DNA of 63,855 bases from a virus. Lineage: Duplodnaviria; Caudoviricetes. A program made the position numbers and the translations under genes. The stretch spans positions 1 through 63,855 of the IMG/VR virus record IMGVR_UViG_3300044638_005305; one strand, written 5' to 3'. Below, in pieces: positions 57,690-63,855 of the stretch (its first letter is position 1; every line of letters starts with the position of its first letter). The notes beneath the pieces are model-generated. The model saw nothing but the letters and a program-made list of their open reading frames with translations, was not told the DNA's origin and did no database searches.

Positions 57690-58273
57690 CCTGTATCTCC
57701 TTCTAAAATTGATTTTGCAATATTGCTTTTCGGTGTTATAGAATCAGACTTTATCCATTCAGCATTGAATCCTGACCAACTCTTATTTACACACATATAT
57801 AAAACATAATCTACACTCATGCCACTTTTTTCTATTTCAGACAAAAAAGAATTTAAAGCTGTTTTAGTGTTTGTAGCCTTTTTGGTTTTCCTCACTCTCA
57901 ACCAATCCTCTACTAAATCTTTATTTTCTGCAAGTTTTAATAATTCAGACTTAAAATTAAACATATCTTTCTCTTTCTCTTTCTCTTTCTCTTTCTCTTG
58001 TAGCAAAGGGTCTTGTGTACCCCCTTGCGCACCCCCTTGCGTAGGGGTTAATTTTATTCCACTCTTGTCTTCATAACCTTTTACTTGGGAATCAATATTA
58101 TGCTTTTGAGATATGTATGCAAACTTAGCCATTCCATTTAAAATAGGCTCGATACCAAAAAATTGTTTATTAATTACAGCATCATAAAAAGCAAGTCTAT
58201 CTTTATCAGATAACTCGTTGGCTACATCCATATAACTTTTAAAAAATTTGAAAGCTAATCTATGTGTTGTCAT
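57683..58273 (-). CDS. Phage replication initiator (DUF6291-like N-terminus)
   Basis: FKFFKSY..LSDKDRLAFYDAV, EKEKEK linker, C-terminal WLRVRK...WSGF; precedes the helicase. Confidence 0.7.
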   Translation of the reverse strand: MTTHRLAFKFFKSYMDVANELSDKDRLAFYDAVINKQFFGIEPILNGMAKFAYISQKHNIDSQVKGYEDKSGIKLTPTQGGAQGGTQDPLLQEKEKEKEKEKDMFNFKSELLKLAENKDLVEDWLRVRKTKKATNTKTALNSFLSEIEKSGMSVDYVLYMCVNKSWSGFNAEWIKSDSITPKSNIAKSILEGDTGW

Positions 58274-58378
58274 ATAATAAAAAAGCCCCCTTTGTAGTAG
58301 TGCTTACATTGGGGGCATTAGAGCCTAAAATCAAATTCCATCAGGCACTACTCTCATGGAAATCTTATTGCAAATATA
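58274..58378 (-). promoter_or_regulatory. Promoter plus attenuator-like leader of the replication genes
   Basis: TATATTTG; GCCCCC/GGGGGC+T6 terminator whose loop GCACTACT is complementary to an upstream loop AGTAGTGC. Confidence 0.65.
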
Positions 58379-58382
58379 ACTT

Positions 58383-58661
58383 TTATTCTTTAGTATCTAA
58401 ATTTTTATCCAAAAAAGATTTATAAATAATTGAATACCCAGCTAAATCTTTCAAAGTATCTGCTATGCTTTCGTTCTTAGCTTGTTTACCTTGCAAATTT
58501 CGCAGCCTTGCAACTTTAATAGCTATCATTACCATAAAGACCTTTTCCACGTCTATTTGGGCATAATCAGCAGCAAATTCAAATACTTCAAATTCTTTGC
58601 CGTAGTCGTGACCTTTTGAAAGTAAGGTCGCTTCGAGTTGTTTTAGGTTTTCTGCTATCAT
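58383..58661 (-). CDS. Nucleotide-modification-associated (DUF1599/Nmad-like) protein
   Basis: KGHDYG...KVARL...ESIADTLKDLAGY. Confidence 0.75.
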   Translation of the reverse strand: MIAENLKQLEATLLSKGHDYGKEFEVFEFAADYAQIDVEKVFMVMIAIKVARLRNLQGKQAKNESIADTLKDLAGYSIIYKSFLDKNLDTKE

Positions 58662-59065
58662 TTTGTTTGCATTTGCAACTCTTCGCCAGTTAAAGCAAAG
58701 TAAATGTTTTGAAGTTGGTGTAAGTATTGGATTTTAGATGCACAACTAAACCAGTTTAAATTATCTTTATTTTCTTGAATAAATAAATTTGTTTTAAGGT
58801 TTTTATCTGCAAAAATAGCAATACTATCTTTAATAAAACTGCCATCTAAATCTTTTTCAAACCTGAACTTCAAAAGCCATTCATCTGTTACTGGAATGGG
58901 CTTTATTTGCTTTAGGCTAAAACAGCCAATACTTTTATTGTCCTTTAATAACCTAACAGTATTATCACATTGTAAGCTATGTATTGGTAAATCAAATTCC
59001 ATGTACTCATCGTTTATTATACAAAGTGTAACAAGATTACCAATTCGAAATTCGTTTAATTTCAT
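58658..59065 (-). CDS. Hypothetical protein
   Basis: EFRIGN..IKPIPVTDEWLLKF..IQYLHQLQNIYFALTGEEL. Confidence 0.8.
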   Translation of the reverse strand: MKLNEFRIGNLVTLCIINDEYMEFDLPIHSLQCDNTVRLLKDNKSIGCFSLKQIKPIPVTDEWLLKFRFEKDLDGSFIKDSIAIFADKNLKTNLFIQENKDNLNWFSCASKIQYLHQLQNIYFALTGEELQMQTK

Positions 59066-59073
59066 ATATTTTT

Positions 59074-59310
59074 TTATTTGGTTAAGTATTCAAGTTCTTT
59101 AATTCGATTCTCAATAGTGTTTCTTAACCCGCTACTAAATCGGAATTTAAATGTCATTTGGCGCAGTCGGTTACAATCTGTAACTTCCGATAGCTTAACT
59201 CCTTTTAAATCGCCAAAATCAAAAACAAAGTCGGATTTTAGATTTTCGATTTCGTTGCCAATTACATCAAAGGCAATTAGCTTGTTGGAAATTCTTTTGA
59301 CTTTATACAT
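59074..59310 (-). CDS. Hypothetical protein
   Basis: Packed ORF; FGDLKGVKLSEV. Confidence 0.6.
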   Translation of the reverse strand: MYKVKRISNKLIAFDVIGNEIENLKSDFVFDFGDLKGVKLSEVTDCNRLRQMTFKFRFSSGLRNTIENRIKELEYLTK

Positions 59311-59725
59311 TGTGTTTTTTTTGTTTGTCTAAAAACCATTGAGGGATTTCTCGGGATGCGTTTTCGTACTTTTTCACTCCCATAGAGTTAATGACTTTTT
59401 CATCATCGCCTATATACAATACAATCTTATATACCAATTGATTATCATTTTCATCATCCCAAAAATAAGCCATTTCACCAATTTGTAACGGAGGTTCTGC
59501 ATCTATTGGAGTAAATCCGCCTTTTTCGAGTGAGTATTCAAACAAAGATAATATAGGAGATTTTGAACCCAAATGAGTACGTCCTGTTTCATCATAAATA
59601 TCATCAAGCCCCATATCATCAAACCACACTAAATAAGAGTAATCCTCTTCATAGTGATTGAGTTTTACCTCACCCCATCCATACCTCACATCAAATACCT
59701 TAGTTCCGATTTCTAATTTCTTCAT
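59303..59725 (-). CDS. Hypothetical protein
   Basis: GTKVFDVRYGWGEV SH3-like start. Confidence 0.7.
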   Translation of the reverse strand: MKKLEIGTKVFDVRYGWGEVKLNHYEEDYSYLVWFDDMGLDDIYDETGRTHLGSKSPILSLFEYSLEKGGFTPIDAEPPLQIGEMAYFWDDENDNQLVYKIVLYIGDDEKVINSMGVKKYENASREIPQWFLDKQKKHNV

Positions 59726-59726
59726 T

Positions 59727-59984
59727 TTATTTTGTTTTAGTTGTGAATAATTTTCTTAATGATTTCCTATCAGTAGATTTCATTTGATACTCATAATAAT
59801 ATCCTGCAGTTCCGTATCTGGTCTTAAATTTAATCTTTTTTCTTTTGCAGTAAAATTTGTGTTTGCGCTCCAGTTCGTCAATTCGAGTTGGCAGTTTGAC
59901 AGTTCCAAATTCTTTGACTCCTTTTAAAGTTGTTAACACTTCGCCCGAAAGCAAGGCGTTGAAAATCGCTTGTTTTTGTGTCAT
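59727..59984 (-). CDS. Winged-helix protein
   Basis: ALLSGEVLTTL...LPTRIDELE. Confidence 0.65.
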   Translation of the reverse strand: MTQKQAIFNALLSGEVLTTLKGVKEFGTVKLPTRIDELERKHKFYCKRKKIKFKTRYGTAGYYYEYQMKSTDRKSLRKLFTTKTK

Positions 59985-60242
59985 TTAATTGATTTTATGG
60001 TTTAAAAATATGTCTATTGAAAGTTTATCCGAATAATTAAAAAGCATTTCCAAATCCATCTTTTTTTTCGATTCAAATTCTATGATTCTCCACCTGCCAA
60101 CATTTAACCAGTTAGCCATAAATGATTGTGTGAATCCTGCACTATCTCTTAAATGTCGGCAATCGTCAACAATCTTGTTGTAATTATCTTTGAATTGTTG
60201 GTAATTCTCGACATGGTTATTTTCTAAATCGTTGGTATCCAT
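59985..60242 (-). CDS. XRE-like HTH protein overlapping docking site C
   Basis: LRDSAGFTQSFMANWLNVGRWRIIEFES. Confidence 0.7.
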   Translation of the reverse strand: MDTNDLENNHVENYQQFKDNYNKIVDDCRHLRDSAGFTQSFMANWLNVGRWRIIEFESKKKMDLEMLFNYSDKLSIDIFLNHKIN

Positions 60243-60278
60243 AGGTTTGGTTTAAAACATTCTCTTACCCAATAGTTA
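60154..60278 (+). other. Composite attI/attP-like cassette docking site C
   Basis: TGTCGG-N6-TCAACA (60154), TGTTGG-N6-TCGACA (60196), IHF-like box (60225-60237, one mismatch), core TTCTCTTACCCAATAG|TTA. Confidence 0.75.
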
Positions 60279-60665
60279 GCGGAAATGCCGTTTTTAGGCA
60301 TCCCACTTTATTAAGTCCTTCACTTCTTCAATGGCTTGTTCTAAAGTTTCTCCGTTACCTAAAAATGCTTCTGTATTATAGGTTCGTCCAAACTCCGCAA
60401 CTATTCTTATTACTTGCTCTTTAGAAAAAACGGCACTATCCGCTAACATAGGGTTGGAAGAAATTTTAAATGCTTTCAGTGCTTCGATTACCGCCTTTGC
60501 TTCATTGTAGCTAATCAAAATACCTTCTTGCATTCCCCAGCTTACATCATGCATATTCTCGCCTTCTTTTTCCGCAAAGGCTACGCTTTTCTCTAATCTT
60601 TTAATTAAGTGTTCCATATTTATATTTTTGTTAAGCATTTAAAACTATCTCCAACCCTCGTAACG
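60276..60665 (+). mobile_element. Gene cassette C1 with attC-like hairpin (60441-60671)
   Basis: GTTAGCGGAAATGCCGTTTTT vs AAAAACGGCACTATCCGCTAAC (60426-60447); arms AGGGTTGGAAGAAATTTTAAATGCTT / AAGCATTTAAAACTATCTCCAACCCT; GTTA at 60665. Confidence 0.82.
60294..60617 (-). CDS. Cassette-encoded hypothetical protein
   Basis: Starts in the attC loop and reads through the arm (NPMLADSAV). Confidence 0.7.
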   Translation of the reverse strand: MEHLIKRLEKSVAFAEKEGENMHDVSWGMQEGILISYNEAKAVIEALKAFKISSNPMLADSAVFSKEQVIRIVAEFGRTYNTEAFLGNGETLEQAIEEVKDLIKWDA

Positions 60666-60887
60666 TTATAAGCCATTTTGTAAATCCTTACACATCATTT
60701 CACAAGCCTTGCCAAATCCTACTGCAAAGCTATTTGCTTTCTCTTGTGCCATTTCATCACTACCATACAAGCTAACAAAGTGCTTTTGTAGTTTAATCAA
60801 ATTTTCACCAGAAAAACGGCTTATAACATCAGTTATAAGTAATGGCTGGCTTTGTGGTTTATCAATGTTTTTTGCTTCTATTGTCAT
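60666..60887 (-). CDS. Cassette-encoded hypothetical protein
   Basis: Starts in the attC loop (PLLITDVISRF); stop on the core TTA. Confidence 0.7.
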   Translation of the reverse strand: MTIEAKNIDKPQSQPLLITDVISRFSGENLIKLQKHFVSLYGSDEMAQEKANSFAVGFGKACEMMCKDLQNGL

Positions 60888-60943
60888 TTGTTCTAAATTT
60901 AAAGTGAGTAGTTCTAATCAGCCACTACTCATAGCTGTAACCG
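60666..60943 (+). mobile_element. Gene cassette C2 with attC-like hairpin (60821-60949)
   Basis: GTTATAAGCCATTTT vs AAAAACGGCTTATAAC (60812-60827); arms CAGTTATAAGTAATGGCTG / CAGCCACTACTCATAGCTG; GTTA at 60943. Confidence 0.82.
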
Positions 60944-60959
60944 TTACATCGAAATCCGC

Positions 60960-61394
60960 TTAATTAATACTCGCCACTATCTCACCAATATAATCTCTAA
61001 TCTTCTCGGTGTATTTGCCATCGAATTTTAAATCTGCTGCTATCCTATCTCTGCCATTAATCACACTTGCATGATGTCTATTATTTAATTTTCCTAATTC
61101 AGTAACAGTCAATCCGCAATGCTTATAAGCAAGATAAAAGTGGATATGTCTTGCCATTACAATATTAGTAAGCCTTGATGTACCTTTTAATTTTTCAAGT
61201 GAAATTTCGGTAACTTTTGAAACAATCTTTAGTAACTCATCATGCTTTACGACATTGTTTTTTACGTCTTTTGGCTGTGGCTTTTTTTTGCCAACCATAA
61301 AATGGATATGTGAAAATGTCTTAGGCTCAAATTCCTTTTCGTAGAATCTTGAAAATGTTACTTGTTTACGTCTGTTTATGATTTGCATACCCAC
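60960..61394 (-). CDS. DnaA C-terminal (domain IV)-like HTH protein
   Basis: LKGTSRLTNIVMARHIHFYLA...LTVTELGKLNNRHHASVING. Confidence 0.85.
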   Translation of the reverse strand: MGMQIINRRKQVTFSRFYEKEFEPKTFSHIHFMVGKKKPQPKDVKNNVVKHDELLKIVSKVTEISLEKLKGTSRLTNIVMARHIHFYLAYKHCGLTVTELGKLNNRHHASVINGRDRIAADLKFDGKYTEKIRDYIGEIVASIN

Positions 61395-62116
61395 GCTGTT
61401 TTATCGTTAATAATTACTTCACCATCCCAGTTCACCCAGTTAATGTCTTTTAGCTTTTGATACCTTTTTTTACTAACAAACTGCATGTAAAAAAATTCAT
61501 CTTCATCCATTATTTTGGCGTTCCTTAATAGTTCATCTGCAACTCCGATTAAAGGATATTTTTCTTCACACGTTGCTAAAATCTTATCGCACGTTTCTTC
61601 ATCTTTTGGAACTTCATGAATGTAAAACCTTTCTTCCAAAGGGAACGGATATTCACTCCAATCATCTTGCCCGAATTCTTCTGGCTTAGTTAAATAGTTA
61701 ATCAGATAACCATAATCAACATTCAATGCCATCATTTGAACTTGTAATTGAAGATAGTACTTTTTAGCCAATTTATCGCACTGTTCAAAGTAGTTGAATA
61801 TTGAGTATTGACATTTAGAATCTGCAACCCATTTGCCCTCTAAAATAGCGTCAGGCGTAGCTCCAAGTTTATCATTCACTTTATAAAATGTTTGATTTGG
61901 CTCACCCCCATAAATAGAGGTGAGTATTTCAATTGCCGTTACTTCATTTACTATTCCATGCAACATTGGTTTTGTGCTGATTTCTTTTTTAAGTCCGTTT
62001 AAGTTTTCGGCTATTTCAAAGATATAGTTCAAAGCTGTTTTACCTTGACCACCTGCCATTAAATCCCCGATTCTACTTGCACTAAAGAAACCTTTTTTAT
62101 TATTTTGATTTATCAT
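61376..62116 (-). CDS. YqaJ/lambda-exonuclease-like recombination nuclease
   Basis: FSASRIGDLM, MLHGIVNE, LGATPDA, DSKC, YYLQLQVQM. Confidence 0.85.
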   Translation of the reverse strand: MINQNNKKGFFSASRIGDLMAGGQGKTALNYIFEIAENLNGLKKEISTKPMLHGIVNEVTAIEILTSIYGGEPNQTFYKVNDKLGATPDAILEGKWVADSKCQYSIFNYFEQCDKLAKKYYLQLQVQMMALNVDYGYLINYLTKPEEFGQDDWSEYPFPLEERFYIHEVPKDEETCDKILATCEEKYPLIGVADELLRNAKIMDEDEFFYMQFVSKKRYQKLKDINWVNWDGEVIINDKTAWVCKS

Positions 62117-62675
62117 GTTTGCTTCTTTTATTATTTTTCATCATTGACAAATAGCCTTTTGAAACCTTATAAATTTTCATTATTTCAGATGGCTTAATTT
62201 TTTCTAAAATCATTCTTTTCATATTTTCAATTTCGCAATCTTTAAATTTATGAAAGTTGCATTTTTCGCCTTTTCGTGGATTCCTAAACAATCCCATCCC
62301 TTTTGTGCATTTACCTAACACTATATACGAATGCTTTTCATTTTCAGAATAAGTAACCCATTCCAAATTTTCAACCCTATTATCTGTTTTTATGCCATTT
62401 ATATGATTCACACATGGTTTATTTTCAGGATTTATTATAAAAGATTGAGCAACAAGCCTATGTACATTTTTTGTGTTTTTTTTACCCAAACAACAAGCTA
62501 AATATGTATTTTTTGTCCTTAGGGATAATTTTAGTATCTTTTCTTTTGACTTTCTAAAAAAGTTATTTTTGGTTTTAATAAATCGGGATAACGATTTTAT
62601 CCTTCCTAAATTACTAACCTCGTACTTGCCTTCATATCCTAAAATAGGCTTCCAAATTTCTTTTTGTTTTTTCAT
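62100..62675 (-). CDS. NUMOD4-HNH homing endonuclease
   Basis: EIWKPILGYEGKYEVSNLGRIKS, VHRLVA, VNHINGIKTDNRVENLEW. Confidence 0.92.
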   Translation of the reverse strand: MKKQKEIWKPILGYEGKYEVSNLGRIKSLSRFIKTKNNFFRKSKEKILKLSLRTKNTYLACCLGKKNTKNVHRLVAQSFIINPENKPCVNHINGIKTDNRVENLEWVTYSENEKHSYIVLGKCTKGMGLFRNPRKGEKCNFHKFKDCEIENMKRMILEKIKPSEIMKIYKVSKGYLSMMKNNKRSKHDKSK

Positions 62676-62792
62676 AAAAAATACCCACAAACATTACAAA
62701 GGCAATCCAGTCGAGCAGATACGCTCAAAAGGCAATGTAACGAATGTGGGATTTTTTAAATGTTTTCATAACTGGATTGCATTGCAAATATA
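62676..62792 (-). promoter_or_regulatory. Promoter plus attenuator-like leader of the HNH gene
   Basis: TATATTTG; GCAATCCAGT/ACTGGATTGC pairing competes with the long CCCACA/TGTGGG stem ending in T6 at the ATG. Confidence 0.6.
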
Positions 62793-62840
62793 GCAAAAGT
62801 ATTTATAAATACAAGAAATGAAGCCGTAAACATTCCTTTT

Positions 62841-63062
62841 TTATTTTCCATTGCATTCAGGGTTTTCGTTAAAAGACCTCCAGTTAGCTCCATTTACCAT
62901 TCTTTCCTCTATGCCATTTAGATAGTATGATTTTTGCATTAAAATTTCGTATTCAATAGCGTTTTCAACATAAAAATCAATTATAGATTTAGACATACAG
63001 TCTTTAGGCAAATATTTCTTAATGCTTTCATAAAGCATTTCCGATGCTGTTCTATTTTCCAT
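62841..63062 (-). CDS. Hypothetical protein
   Basis: Overlaps the SSAP stop; its 5' part is repeated at 1-81. Confidence 0.65.
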   Translation of the reverse strand: MENRTASEMLYESIKKYLPKDCMSKSIIDFYVENAIEYEILMQKSYYLNGIEERMVNGANWRSFNENPECNGK

Positions 63063-63855
63063 TTAGTTCGATTTTACGTTTAGTGAATAATGCCTTTGAT
63101 TTGCTTTGTTCAACAGGAAGTAAAGAATCGTAAAGCAGTCCTAATTCGTCAAGGTTATTGCATTTTGATAGCTTTTCTTTTATCAGTTCTAAATCAACTT
63201 CTACTTCAATCATTGGCAAATCTTCACCTGAGTAGATATAAAGCCCAAGTCCAAACATTGCAAGATTCTTAACTAAGCATCTCATAATTGCTGTGTTAAT
63301 ATCAAACATTGTGGCAGGGGTAACATCCTTATTAAATTTCTGATATACAACGTGCTTTTGCGCTCTGTTCGCGCCATCCATTACGGGCAATTGCATCGGG
63401 ATTGTTTCGCCATCAATAGTTACTTCTGTTTGAACCAAGTACCCTAAGTTTTCATCGAATAGGTAAGGTTTGCCATCAAAGTTTACAACTCTGTAATTTG
63501 CAGTTGCATAGCGTTTTTTGACCTCATTCCATGCCCACGACCAGCTAAGGTAAGAGAGTCCGTTTTTCTTTTCAATTTTGTCGGCACAATCTACCGAGCC
63601 TAATGTTTCAAATACTGTTTTCATTTGGTTTATTTGATTAATGCTGCAATCAAGATTACAGCGGTGAATAATAAAAAGTAAATAGCTAATTGAGCAATCC
63701 AACCCAACGAGCAAAAGTATTTAAGGAATCTCATACTCCTGGTCTAAATGTATCGGAAGTATTACACTCTCTGTAATATTCCGTATTGGAATTAAGAATA
63801 TCAATATCTTCTTTGAACTCTTTTGCTAAATGCTTTTCAGCTATAAGGATTCTCC
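62982..63855. repeat. Imperfect terminal overlap, copy 2 (Sak/Rad52-like allele)
   Basis: Same flanks as 1..850 with a different central gene body. Confidence 0.95.
63052..63624 (-). CDS. Sak/Rad52-like (DUF1071) single-strand annealing protein
   Basis: IEKKNGLSYLSWSWAW, LPVMD, DINTAIMRCLVKNLAMFGLGLYIYSGEDLP. Confidence 0.9.
   Translation of the reverse strand: MKTVFETLGSVDCADKIEKKNGLSYLSWSWAWNEVKKRYATANYRVVNFDGKPYLFDENLGYLVQTEVTIDGETIPMQLPVMDGANRAQKHVVYQKFNKDVTPATMFDINTAIMRCLVKNLAMFGLGLYIYSGEDLPMIEVEVDLELIKEKLSKCNNLDELGLLYDSLLPVEQSKSKALFTKRKIELNGK

Larger units (their letters stand above)
1..63855. mobile_element. Bacteroidota phage genome (podovirus-like, probably temperate), about 62,981 bp unit length with end overlap
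   Basis: Terminase, portal, capsid, tail, lysis, integrase and primase-helicase are all present; no host housekeeping genes; 1..850 recurs at 62982..63855. Confidence 0.93.

Noticed and set aside
57966-57998. (TCTCTT)n microsatellite
   Set aside because: Encodes the EKEKEK linker common in phage initiators
46300-60950. CRISPR array explanation for the repeated TTCTCTTASCCARTAGTTA motif
   Set aside because: Only three dispersed copies kilobases apart, no regular spacers and no cas genes
1-63855. Stop-codon reassignment or full tRNA genes
   Set aside because: Genes are long and densely packed under the standard code, and no complete cloverleaf was seen

Overview
This window is an apparently complete genome of about 63.0 kb from a Bacteroidota-infecting, podovirus-like phage. 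The host call rests on TAnnTTTG promoters, A-rich ribosome-binding regions and a Bacteroidota-type tyrosine integrase and primase-helicase. The modules are lysis and tail fibre (3.5-7.9 kb); GroES-like chaperones and a sugar-modification cluster (9-14.5 kb); a long minus-strand virion operon with portal, scaffold, capsid, tail rings, muzzle, ejection/polyvalent proteins and a ferritin (14.5-42.9 kb); terminase large subunit; an ArdA-led early region; an integrase; and replication/recombination genes. The most striking unexplained structure is an integron-like gene-cassette system present at three loci (46.2-46.6, 55.0-55.8, 60.15-60.95 kb). Each locus starts with the same composite docking site: two TGTYGG-N6-YCRACA palindromes, an IHF-like box and the core TTCTCTTASCCARTAG|TTA. 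It is followed by 1-2 cassettes of 278-390 bp, each ending in an attC-like TAAC...GTTA hairpin whose left end is complementary to that cassette's own first bases. Other notable points: the two contig ends are two alleles of one locus, where an ERF and a Sak/Rad52-like annealing domain are swapped in front of a near-identical C-terminal tail; three leader/attenuator-like 5' UTRs share one architecture; and an ART-like domain sits in frame between direct repeats inside an ejection protein. All product calls come from motif recognition by eye; no database searches were run.
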